Under the pieces are notes generated by a model, which was not told the origin of the DNA, made no database searches, and worked only from the letters and a program-made list of their open reading frames with translations. A stretch of 64,000 nt of DNA from Candidatus Cloacimonadales bacterium (GTDB lineage Bacteria; Cloacimonadota; Cloacimonadia; Cloacimonadales; JAIOQZ01), in assembly GCA_963665815.1 (NCBI GenBank), contig OY762463.1:992001-1056000 (forward strand). The letters run 5' to 3'. Made by a program: the position numbers and the translations under genes. Positions 29,763 through 39,271 of the stretch are shown one piece after another. The first letter of the stretch is position 1, and each line of letters starts with the position of its first letter.

Positions 29763-31676
29763 TTACTTTTTTTCTTCCGGGGCATGTTCCTGTGAAAACT
29801 GCAAGTTATATAAATGTTGGTATCTGCTGCAGGTTGCAAGCAGCTCTTTGTGCGACCCAACACTGATTATTTCACCTTTATCCATAACAACAATACGATC
29901 AGAAGACAAAATTGTGGAAAGTCTGTGAGCTATCATTACTACAGTTCTGTTCTGTGTTGCTTCCTCTATTGCCATCTGTACTTTTTTCTCAGATTCAGTA
30001 TCCAGAGCACTTGTTGCTTCATCAAAAATCAGAATAGGAGGATCCCCTATGATTGCTCTGGCAATGCATAATCTCTGTTTTTGTCCACCGGAAAAATTCG
30101 ATCCCCTTGAATGTAAAACGGTGTCATAACCATCAGGTAAATCTTCAATAAACTCAGCAGCATGAGCTATCTCAGCAGCCTTCTTTACTTCCTCCAGAGT
30201 AACATCACGGTGAGATCCATAAAGAATATTATTATATACAGAGTCACTGAATAATATAGACTCCTGTGTCACGATTCCAAAGAGTTTTCTCAATGAAGAT
30301 ATTTTCAGATCCCTGATCGGAACTCCATCGATAAGAATATCACCTTCCTTAATATCATACAATCGAGGTAGCAGATTGACAAGTGTTGTTTTTCCTGAAC
30401 CGGAACCTCCGACAAGTGCGATCTTCTCCCCTTTTTTGATTTCCAGACTAATATCATTAAGAACTTTCTTATCTTCATATGCAAATGAAACATTCTTAAG
30501 TTCAATTGATGCATTAAATTCATTTATCTCTACCGGATTCTGTTTTTCAATAATTTCAGGTTCTAAATCCAGTACCCAGGAAATCCTTTCCAGAGAGACT
30601 CTGGCTTTCTGAATATTACTGTAGGACTTAGCTATATCTTTAATTGGATGAAGCAGAGAAAACACAGCTGATGCGAATAAGAAAAATTGACCAAATGTAA
30701 AACCAATATTCGGATCAAGCACCATTTTTCCACCAATTAAAATCATTATAACACCGGTAGTTGTAGCATTAATTTCCGATAAAGGAAAATTTATAGCTGC
30801 ATAAATTTCTGCTTTTCGCCAGAATCTGTAGTGTTTTGTGTTTATCCGCTTGATTTTATTAATCTCTTTTTCTTCTTTTGAGAATGCTTTAACAATCTTC
30901 ATACTATTCAAAGCTTCTTCAATTGAAGAAAACATATCTGAAAACTGTCCCTGTACTCTTCGGGCATATTTTTTAATCTTCTTACCAAGATAATTGATGC
31001 AGATTGTAAAAATTGGTAATACTATTATACTTATAAGCAGAAGCTTCCAATTTATAAGAATTGCCATGAAGAGGTATACCAGAACAAGACCTGTTTGTTT
31101 AAATATACTGAAAACAGGAATAAAAAAGCCATTACTGACCTGCTCGACATCATTAACCATTCTGACAAGTGAATCACCTGCTCGATTCTGGTTGAAGAAG
31201 GCTATTGTCTGTCTTGTATAGTTCTCAAACATCAGGTTTCTGATATCCTTTACAGTCTTTCCTCTGAGATTGGTAAACATAACCTTATTCCCATAGAAAA
31301 ATGCATTTTTAAGAATAAATAAGATAACCGTAAGACTTGAAATTATTTTAAGGAGCAAATATGAATCTGTCCTGTTCATCACTCTGTTCAGTATCTCAAG
31401 CACAGGTTTATGGGTATCAATTTTCAATAATGATGTATCTTCATCAATCCCGGAGTAATAGCTTTTTATTTCCCCTGCAAGTTCACCTTTGAATTCCGAA
31501 TAAGTTGTCAATTCAACCTTCTTATCCTGCACCTTGAAAATATTATCCATAATTGGGACAATAACTGTAATGCTGGCTCCACTGAAAGCGGCAAAACCTA
31601 TCATAAATATAAAACCAACAGTTAATGATCCCCAATACTTAAACATTATTCTGTATATACGTAACAGATTTTTCAT
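29763..31676 (-). CDS. ABC transporter permease/ATPase, MsbA-like
   Basis: TM domain; GGSGSGKTT, FSGGQKQR, DEATSALD, IAHRLST. Confidence 0.9.
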   Translation of the reverse strand: MKNLLRIYRIMFKYWGSLTVGFIFMIGFAAFSGASITVIVPIMDNIFKVQDKKVELTTYSEFKGELAGEIKSYYSGIDEDTSLLKIDTHKPVLEILNRVMNRTDSYLLLKIISSLTVILFILKNAFFYGNKVMFTNLRGKTVKDIRNLMFENYTRQTIAFFNQNRAGDSLVRMVNDVEQVSNGFFIPVFSIFKQTGLVLVYLFMAILINWKLLLISIIVLPIFTICINYLGKKIKKYARRVQGQFSDMFSSIEEALNSMKIVKAFSKEEKEINKIKRINTKHYRFWRKAEIYAAINFPLSEINATTTGVIMILIGGKMVLDPNIGFTFGQFFLFASAVFSLLHPIKDIAKSYSNIQKARVSLERISWVLDLEPEIIEKQNPVEINEFNASIELKNVSFAYEDKKVLNDISLEIKKGEKIALVGGSGSGKTTLVNLLPRLYDIKEGDILIDGVPIRDLKISSLRKLFGIVTQESILFSDSVYNNILYGSHRDVTLEEVKKAAEIAHAAEFIEDLPDGYDTVLHSRGSNFSGGQKQRLCIARAIIGDPPILIFDEATSALDTESEKKVQMAIEEATQNRTVVMIAHRLSTILSSDRIVVMDKGEIISVGSHKELLATCSRYQHLYNLQFSQEHAPEEKK

Positions 31677-31872
31677 ATATTTTCCTTGAATTTTTACAAT
31701 TTATCTCATTATCCAAAAATAGTATTCTGTTTTATTGTCAATGAATAATAACCTTACAATCACCTTTTTTGCTTTAATATTACGGTTTTTTGAAAAAAGT
31801 CTAAAACAAATTGACAATCAATACAGCATTACAACATAAATTTACACAAATTAAAGATTAATAAGGTGATAC

Positions 31873-33009
31873 ATGAAGAACATATATCTTGATTACAATG
31901 CAACTACTCCATTACATCCCGAAGTTAAAACATGTATGATAGAGGCTATGGAGTATTTCGGAAATCCATCAAGCACACATAAATTTGGTATTGAAGCAAA
32001 GAAAATCATAGATGAAGCACGACTATCGGTTGCTGAATGCATAAATGCCGATCCTCCTGAGATAATATTTACCTCAGGAGGAACAGAGTCAAACAACTAT
32101 GCATTAAAAGGTTATGTCTATGCAAATCGAGAAAAAGGAAATCATATCATCACCTCACAAACGGAGCATCCGGCAATAATGAATGTGTGCAGGCAATTAG
32201 AAACAGAAGGATTCGAGGTTACATATATACCCGTCAACAGAAAAGGCTATGTTTCACTTGAGTCAATCAAGGACACAATTACCAAAAAGACAATACTTAT
32301 ATCAATAATGCATGCCAATAATGAAACAGGATCCATTCAACCAATTGAAGAGATTGCAGAAATAGCTTTAAAATACAACATCTGCTTCCATACTGATGCA
32401 GCTCAGTCATTGGGTAAAATCCCTGTTGATGTCAGAAAAATGGGAGTTTCCATGCTTTCCATAGCAGGGCATAAAATATACGCACCAAAAGGAATTGGAG
32501 CACTTTATGTAAAAAACGGAATTGTTCTGAAAAACCTGTTTAATGGTGCCGGACATGAGAAAGGAAAGCGTCCAGGGACTGAAAACACTATTCATATTGC
32601 CGGGTTTGGCAAAGCCTGCGGCATCATATCAAACTGTTTTGAAAAGAATGTTGATCATTATAAGAAACTTAGAGATATGCTTATTGATGAGCTGCAAGAC
32701 AAGAATATTGATTTCATTATTAATTCCGATCTGGAAAAATGCCTACCCAACACTGCCAGTATAAGCTTCAAAGATATACAGGCTTCCTCAATTATATCTG
32801 CAATGCCTGAGATTTCAGTTTCGGCTGGGTCCGCGTGCCATTCTAAGTCTACTAAGATTTCGTCAGTTCTGAAAGCTATGAAAGTGCCATTTAATCATGC
32901 AATGGGGACAATCAGATTCTCAACGGGCTTACTTACAGACGATGACGAAATTTCCTATACTTCAAAAAAACTGTCTGAGATTATTATTTTTTTAAAATCT
33001 CAGCAATAA
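31873..33009 (+). CDS. iscS: Cysteine desulfurase (IscS/NifS group I)
   Basis: YLDYNATTP, HTDAAQS, GHKIYAPKG, SAGSACHS. Confidence 0.88.
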   Translation: MKNIYLDYNATTPLHPEVKTCMIEAMEYFGNPSSTHKFGIEAKKIIDEARLSVAECINADPPEIIFTSGGTESNNYALKGYVYANREKGNHIITSQTEHPAIMNVCRQLETEGFEVTYIPVNRKGYVSLESIKDTITKKTILISIMHANNETGSIQPIEEIAEIALKYNICFHTDAAQSLGKIPVDVRKMGVSMLSIAGHKIYAPKGIGALYVKNGIVLKNLFNGAGHEKGKRPGTENTIHIAGFGKACGIISNCFEKNVDHYKKLRDMLIDELQDKNIDFIINSDLEKCLPNTASISFKDIQASSIISAMPEISVSAGSACHSKSTKISSVLKAMKVPFNHAMGTIRFSTGLLTDDDEISYTSKKLSEIIIFLKSQQ

Positions 33010-35914
33010 CTCTACTTAGTTTCTCCTTTTTGTATGGTTTAGTGAGGAATCCATCCACTTTCTGCCTCAACAAGGTATCTGAATCATTCTTTTCAGTATA
33101 GCCTGATGTCAGCAAAACTTTTGCATTTGGATTAATTTTCTTTATTTCCTGAAATACTTCTGCCCCACTCATTTCAGGCATAATCAGATCAAGAATTATC
33201 AGATCAATCTGTGATTTCATAAGCTTATAGATGTTTAATGCCTCAACAGCTGATCCAGAATCAAAAACATCATATCCCAGATCTTCGAGCATCATCCTGA
33301 CGGTTGTTAGAATAACTTCCTCATCATCAATAACAAGAATCCCGCCTTCTCCTATAACAATGCTTTCATCTTCCTCATTAAGATCAACACTTCTTTCTGC
33401 TACAGGCAGATAAATACAGATTTCTGTTCCTTCGTTTAACTCACTGTCTACAGTTATCGCTCCATCATGTTCCTGCACGGTTCCATAAACAGCCGCCAGA
33501 CCAAGTCCGGTTCCTTTATTTTTCTCTTTAGTTGTAAAAAAAGGTTCAAAAATTCTATTTATATTCTTCTCATCAATACCGATACCTGTATCCTTAACGC
33601 ATATTTTCAAGAATTTTCCGGGCACAATCTCAAAAATAGAGTCTTTACAGAATTCCATAGATAAATCTACATTCTCTATAGAAAAAGTAATCAAACCTCC
33701 GTCGGGCATGGCATGACTTGAGTTTATTCCGAGGTTCATGAATACATTCTGCAATTGTGTATAGTCACCATTAACAAAATAACAATCCGCATTCAACTTC
33801 ATAGAAATTCTTGTCTTTTTATCAAGACTTCTGCTCAGTATCATTTTAGTATCATTCAGAACATTTTCAAGGTTAATGACAGTTCTTTCAATAGTACCTT
33901 TTCTACTGAATGCAAGTAACTTAGAAGTCAAATCAGCCGCTCTTTCTGCAGTTTGAGTAATCAGATCAACAAATGTAATCGAATCTGAGTCCTCCTCTTT
34001 GAGCAGTTGATTCAAAACTTGAGCAGAACCAATTATTCCTGTCAGCATATTGTTAAAATCATGTGCAATCCCCCCAGCCAATTGTCCAATTGCGTCCATC
34101 TTGCTACTATGGATCATAGCATCCTGTTCCTCAATCATTTTAGTGATATCGCTGAAAATATAGAGATTTGTATTCTCAGAAAAATCAACACTGCTGTGAT
34201 ATGAAGAAACAACATTGAGTATCTTTTTTTCTCCATTTTCTGCAATAATGTTTAGATTGAATCTTCGAATTTGATCCGTTTTGTTAAAAATTGAATTGAA
34301 AGCAAAAGACGTGTGTTCATTTTCCTGAATAAAATCGAATATAGACCTTTTTACAAGATTTTTATCGGTTTCGAATATGTCCTGCATCATTGGATTTACA
34401 AAACGGAAGATTCCTTTTCTATCAATAAGACAGATTCCTTCCCCAAGATTCTCAACAAGTTTCCTGAATGTCTCTTCACTTTTTATCAAGGCAGTTTCAA
34501 TATTTTTTCTGTCATTAATTTCCTGTTTCAATGATTTTGTAGTCTCATTTAATTTACTTAATATCTTAAGGTTTGATAATCTCTGTTCCTCACTCTTTCT
34601 ATACTGTTTAATCAACTCCAGAGAATTATTTTCAATAACTTTTTCCCTTTCAATGTTTTCAGAAATATCAATCGCAAAGCATAGAATTCCGTTTTTTGAT
34701 TCTGTAGTTGCATTAATTGTCCAATATGTAGTAATACCAATTTTCTGTACAAAACTTACTGTTAGAACAGTATGATCTCCTTGAGAAAGACTAAGCAGTT
34801 TTTCTTTTATTTTTTTAGTCTGTTCAGATTCAAAAATATCTGATACATTTTTACCAAGGAGTTCATCTCTGGAGTATCCTGCCATGTTTTCAGCCGCATC
34901 ATTCAGTTCCAGAAAAATTCCTTTTCTGTCCAGCAGAAACACACCAACCGGGGCATTGTCGAGATAATTCTTATATCGGGATTTGCTTTGAGAAATTTCA
35001 TCAGTTCTCATCAACAATTGCTTTCTTAACCGAACAACCCATATAAGAATTATTGATAGAGCGATTAATGAGATAATTGTAATTACAACAATCATAGTTA
35101 TGTTCAAATTGTAATCTGTTTTTACACCAATATTCACCCATTTGTGATAAATTTTTTTTCGTGTTCTCTGGTCAATTTTCTTAACTGCTTTATTCACTAT
35201 GGAGGAAAGAATAGGATCTTTTGTTGATACTGCTGCCCGTAAAGAATTCAAATATCCACTGTCATCGGCAATTCTTAAATTTGTAATTCCCTGCTGCTCT
35301 ATGATATAACTCGCATACATCTGACTTATAATCACTGCGTCATATATACCTGTTGAAACCCTTCTTAATCCCTCAAGATTTTCATGTACCGGTATCGGGG
35401 AAATTGCAGGATATTTTTCCCTAATAAAATCATTAACAGCACTGTCCTTTACAGTGCATACAATTTTATCTTTCAAGTCTTCCATACTATTTATTTCAGA
35501 CTTGTTTCTGACAACGATTACATATGGTACGTTTATGATATCGCTTGAGAATGAAAGATAATTTGATCTATTTAGAGTGTGAGCAATTCCAACAATAATA
35601 AAATTATTATTATTCTCTGAGTAATCTAACAAATCACCTTTTGTTTTAAAAGATTTTGTTTTGAAATCAATACCTATCAATTCTGCAATAGTATAAGAGT
35701 AATCCGGAAAAATACCAACATACTCATTCATATCATTTTGAAACATATTAGGTGGAGCTCCATCGCTGAAAAGTATGTCAATATTGTTCTGATGCTGATT
35801 AAGCCAGGCTTCCTCAACAGGAGTTAAATCAATTGCATCACTGTTCTTGCATGCAAAAACGTTAATCAAAATAATGATAAGAAATACATATAGAATACAG
35901 CTTCTTATATTCAA
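32984..35914 (-). CDS. Hybrid sensor kinase (periplasmic SBP, 2 PAS, HisKA, HATPase, REC)
   Basis: GGIAHDFNN, EPFFTTK..GTGLGL, REC DLIMP. Confidence 0.92.
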   Translation of the reverse strand: MNIRSCILYVFLIIILINVFACKNSDAIDLTPVEEAWLNQHQNNIDILFSDGAPPNMFQNDMNEYVGIFPDYSYTIAELIGIDFKTKSFKTKGDLLDYSENNNNFIIVGIAHTLNRSNYLSFSSDIINVPYVIVVRNKSEINSMEDLKDKIVCTVKDSAVNDFIREKYPAISPIPVHENLEGLRRVSTGIYDAVIISQMYASYIIEQQGITNLRIADDSGYLNSLRAAVSTKDPILSSIVNKAVKKIDQRTRKKIYHKWVNIGVKTDYNLNITMIVVITIISLIALSIILIWVVRLRKQLLMRTDEISQSKSRYKNYLDNAPVGVFLLDRKGIFLELNDAAENMAGYSRDELLGKNVSDIFESEQTKKIKEKLLSLSQGDHTVLTVSFVQKIGITTYWTINATTESKNGILCFAIDISENIEREKVIENNSLELIKQYRKSEEQRLSNLKILSKLNETTKSLKQEINDRKNIETALIKSEETFRKLVENLGEGICLIDRKGIFRFVNPMMQDIFETDKNLVKRSIFDFIQENEHTSFAFNSIFNKTDQIRRFNLNIIAENGEKKILNVVSSYHSSVDFSENTNLYIFSDITKMIEEQDAMIHSSKMDAIGQLAGGIAHDFNNMLTGIIGSAQVLNQLLKEEDSDSITFVDLITQTAERAADLTSKLLAFSRKGTIERTVINLENVLNDTKMILSRSLDKKTRISMKLNADCYFVNGDYTQLQNVFMNLGINSSHAMPDGGLITFSIENVDLSMEFCKDSIFEIVPGKFLKICVKDTGIGIDEKNINRIFEPFFTTKEKNKGTGLGLAAVYGTVQEHDGAITVDSELNEGTEICIYLPVAERSVDLNEEDESIVIGEGGILVIDDEEVILTTVRMMLEDLGYDVFDSGSAVEALNIYKLMKSQIDLIILDLIMPEMSGAEVFQEIKKINPNAKVLLTSGYTEKNDSDTLLRQKVDGFLTKPYKKEKLSRVIAEILKK

Positions 35915-36057
35915 ATCAATGTCTCCATAATATGTTTATGTTATACTTCACAGATTAGATTTTTACCCTTTTTAAAATAGTAACATTTATCCAAAAAATG
36001 TCAATAAAGAAAAACCAGAATACTCATAAAAATAAGCTTGAAATACATGAACTGCAA

Positions 36058-36094
36058 AAGACAATACCTGCTTTGTTTCAGCAGGCATTGTCTT
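36058..36094 (-). terminator. Terminator of the redox operon
   Basis: Long stem AAGACAATACCTGCT/AGCAGGCATTGTCTT. Confidence 0.65.
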
Positions 36095-36140
36095 ATGAAT
36101 CCTTTTACATCGAAAAAAGGTCTTATTTATATCTTAAGTT

Positions 36141-36974
36141 CTATTTACCTTCAAGAGTTTCCCTGATTACTTTATCTATCTCGGAAATCATTTCTTCAGC
36201 AAAACCAACTTCTTTTTTTACTAATTCACCATTTTTCCCGATTATGTACGTTGCAGGAATACTCTGAATTCTGTACATTGCTGATACTGAAGAGCTGGAT
36301 TTTGAATCAACTAATAGCTGGTAATTTATATCTACTCCCTGAGACTTCATGGATTCCACGAACTTCTTTTGTGTAGCGACATCCTCATTGGAGATACCAA
36401 TTATGGTTAAATCCTTATACTTTTTCTTCAAACTAACAAGAAACGGTATTTCCTTTTTACATGGTGGACACCAGGTTGCCCAGAAATCAAGAACAATCAC
36501 TCCCTTTATATCAGATAGAGTAACAGATTTTCCATCAAGATCTTTTAAAGTAAAATCATATGCTGTTTTGAAGTTGACCTTTCCTGTATCTGATTTTCCG
36601 GTATTTCCCACAAGAAATTTGTGAATGGATTCTTCAGGTAATGCACCGGTAAAAGAATCAACCATATTTCCATTATGGAAAAGAGCAACATAAGGTATTG
36701 ATCTTATATTGAATTTTTTCGCAAGATTTTGATTCTCATCAGTATTGACTTTCACAAACTTTACATGAGGATAATCTTCTGATATTTTATCTAAAACAGG
36801 ACCGAGTCTTTTACAGGGACCACACCATGGAGCCCAGAAATCAACAAGAACATATCCTGAGGAGATCTCAGCAGCAAAACTGTTTTCATTTATAGATTTA
36901 ACATTCCCTGCAAACAGTGACATAATATTAATCACTAACAGAAATAGCATAATCCATTTCATATTTATTTTCAT
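36141..36974 (-). CDS. Exported thioredoxin-TlpA fusion
   Basis: Signal peptide; WAPWCGPC and WATWCPPC domains. Confidence 0.88.
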   Translation of the reverse strand: MKINMKWIMLFLLVINIMSLFAGNVKSINENSFAAEISSGYVLVDFWAPWCGPCKRLGPVLDKISEDYPHVKFVKVNTDENQNLAKKFNIRSIPYVALFHNGNMVDSFTGALPEESIHKFLVGNTGKSDTGKVNFKTAYDFTLKDLDGKSVTLSDIKGVIVLDFWATWCPPCKKEIPFLVSLKKKYKDLTIIGISNEDVATQKKFVESMKSQGVDINYQLLVDSKSSSSVSAMYRIQSIPATYIIGKNGELVKKEVGFAEEMISEIDKVIRETLEGK

Positions 36975-37396
36975 TGTTTCTCTCCGTTAATGTAAATTTC
37001 CGCAGATAATTCGGCAGCTTTAGAAAGCATCGCACTGACCCCACAATATTGAGTTTCGGAGAGATGTACAGCTTTTTGGATCTTATCAAGGCTCAGGTTC
37101 TCACCCTCAAAACGATATTTTACAACAATCTTTGTGTATACTTTCGGATGCTCATCTTTTTGAAATCCTTCAACCTCTACACTAAGTTTGAACTCAGGTA
37201 ATTTCATTTTCTTCAGAATTGATACTACATCCATTCCGGTACAACCACCCAGGGCACTTAAAAGAAGCGGTTTGGGAGTAGGTCCTTTATTCTGTCCACC
37301 ATACTCCGGAATAGAATCTATTGTGAAGTTATAACCTGAAAGCTCAACATTGAAAGACATGCCGTCAAGATGAGTTACAACAGATTTTGTACTCAT
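36971..37396 (-). CDS. OsmC-family protein
   Basis: GPTP..LL.ALGGCT..DV; YCGV. Confidence 0.9.
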   Translation of the reverse strand: MSTKSVVTHLDGMSFNVELSGYNFTIDSIPEYGGQNKGPTPKPLLLSALGGCTGMDVVSILKKMKLPEFKLSVEVEGFQKDEHPKVYTKIVVKYRFEGENLSLDKIQKAVHLSETQYCGVSAMLSKAAELSAEIYINGEKQ

Positions 37397-37398
37397 AC

Positions 37399-37848
37399 TT
37401 ATTCCTCAGTTTCACTGATAGTTTTCTTGAATGCGTCAATATACATTTCAAGATACTTTATCACGTTATCAGCTTCAGCAGAAGGTAAATGCTGCATGAT
37501 CCTTTCCTGAAGTTCTTCATTTTCAGCCTCAGCACTTTCTGCAACTTCAATACCAAGATCATTAATCTCAGTATACCAGCGTCTTCTGTCAACTGTTGAA
37601 GGATAACGACTAACTAATTCCTTTTTTACAAGATTATCAACAATTCTTGTAATTCGGCTGTGAGAAACATTGAGATGAGAAGAAAGGTCATTCATGCAGA
37701 TAGGTTTAGCACTTTTATATAAATGCTCAAGAAGTCCACACTCCATTCTTCCGATCTTCCTGCAATGTCTAAGCAGAATATCATTCTCATTGAATAAAGC
37801 CTGCAATTTTTTATTAACACTGATCAATTTACTTACTTGGTCCTTCAT
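37399..37848 (-). CDS. MarR-family regulator
   Basis: SHSRITRIVDNL, DRR wing. Confidence 0.88.
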   Translation of the reverse strand: MKDQVSKLISVNKKLQALFNENDILLRHCRKIGRMECGLLEHLYKSAKPICMNDLSSHLNVSHSRITRIVDNLVKKELVSRYPSTVDRRRWYTEINDLGIEVAESAEAENEELQERIMQHLPSAEADNVIKYLEMYIDAFKKTISETEE

Positions 37849-37850
37849 AT

Positions 37851-38102
37851 CTAACTCCTTTTTATTTTAAGTAATTCACAAATTTTCCCCTCATCATATC
37901 CAACAATAGGATAGTTATTTATCCATACTTGTGGAACGCCCTGTTTACCTGACTTTTTTATCATATCTCTCAAAGCTTTTTCATCCCTTGAGACATCTAC
38001 TTCTCGATATCTTATATCATTTTTACGAAGAAAATTCTTCACTTTCCTGCACCATGAACAGGTTGGTGTTGTAAAAACAATCACCTTATTCTGAGTCTTC
38101 AT
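37851..38102 (-). CDS. Glutaredoxin-like (YruB/NrdH) protein
   Basis: TPTCSWC, GVP, IVGYD. Confidence 0.9.
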   Translation of the reverse strand: MKTQNKVIVFTTPTCSWCRKVKNFLRKNDIRYREVDVSRDEKALRDMIKKSGKQGVPQVWINNYPIVGYDEGKICELLKIKRS

Positions 38103-38368
38103 TTCTACTCCAGATAATTTTACCATGCAAACTTTACTAAATTATAAAATATATATATTAAAAAAACAAATCTTTTTTTATATGATACTCAAAATATTTA
38201 TTCTGAAATATATGACAACATCAATAAAGCAGTTCATATAAACGTTAATCAATATAACATTTTTTGTTTCTTTTATGCAAGTTTTTTTCATCACAAATTA
38301 TTATCTCAAACAATAATGATACCATCAAAGTTGATAAAGATTAATATTTTACTTCAAATTATCAATAA

Positions 38369-38398
38369 AAAAAAGCCTGTCGAACAATCAACAGGCCT
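38369..38398 (-). terminator. Intrinsic terminator
   Basis: GCCTGT...ACAGGC stem; A tract gives a U run on the minus strand. Confidence 0.65.
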
Positions 38399-38416
38399 AG
38401 AAACTCTTATCTTTAA

Positions 38417-38809
38417 CTAATCTCTATCTCTTTCTATTGCTGTATTTATCAGCTTTTTCAATTCCCGCGTCTCTCTTTGACAATGCTTCACATAATCATT
38501 TTTTGACTCATATTGTCTTGACTTAGCAAAATCATCAAATTCGTAAACTCCAACATTCATTTCAGATCCATCTTTTCTCATTACAATAATCTCTACATTT
38601 AACGTTGTTGCTTCCGGATATTTAACTCCGAGATCGAAAATTTTCTTCAACATGAAAACAGTGATATTCGCAGCACCATTATTCTGTGCAGTATAAATTG
38701 CTTTCAATGAAGATCCGTTATCCTCAACTATTTCAAAATCTCCGAAACCGCTACAACCGGCAATTAAAAGAAAAACCGGAATTATTAACAAAAAAGCAAA
38801 TTTTTTCAT
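38417..38809 (-). CDS. Hypothetical lipoprotein (paralog of 38834-39256)
   Basis: Lipobox IAGC; YTAQNNG, GVYEFDD. Confidence 0.75.
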   Translation of the reverse strand: MKKFAFLLIIPVFLLIAGCSGFGDFEIVEDNGSSLKAIYTAQNNGAANITVFMLKKIFDLGVKYPEATTLNVEIIVMRKDGSEMNVGVYEFDDFAKSRQYESKNDYVKHCQRETRELKKLINTAIERDRD

Positions 38810-38833
38810 AATTTCTCCTCAAATCTATCGTGT

Positions 38834-39256
38834 TTATATTGTTCTTCTTACAAATCTACTTGCAATATCGCGTCTCAACAGAGATCTCCACTTTGAAGGT
38901 TCTTTTGCAAACTCAGTTTTACCTTCAAAAGATCTTACCCAGTCAAGATCATCAAACTCATATTCACCCATTTCAATTACATCACCGTTTTTGGATTCTA
39001 TAAACAGGTTCATTCTAATTGTACTTACATCTGCATACCAGACTGCCTGACTATGAAGTTCCATAAGAATAAAACGGGCAGTTGCTATTTCTCCATTATC
39101 CTGAGTTGTATACTTAAAAGATAAGGTTGAACCATCTGCGCTGATTTCCTTCTTCTCAATCTTTCCATAATAACTGTCACATCCAATAATGAAAGTAAAC
39201 ACAATTACAGTAATACAGAGCAGCCAAAAAGCTCTCTTATTCAATAGAAATGTCAT
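38834..39256 (-). CDS. Hypothetical lipoprotein
   Basis: Lipobox IIGC; YTTQDNG, GEYEFDD. Confidence 0.75.
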   Translation of the reverse strand: MTFLLNKRAFWLLCITVIVFTFIIGCDSYYGKIEKKEISADGSTLSFKYTTQDNGEIATARFILMELHSQAVWYADVSTIRMNLFIESKNGDVIEMGEYEFDDLDWVRSFEGKTEFAKEPSKWRSLLRRDIASRFVRRTI

Positions 39257-39271
39257 TTATCCTCCGAATCA

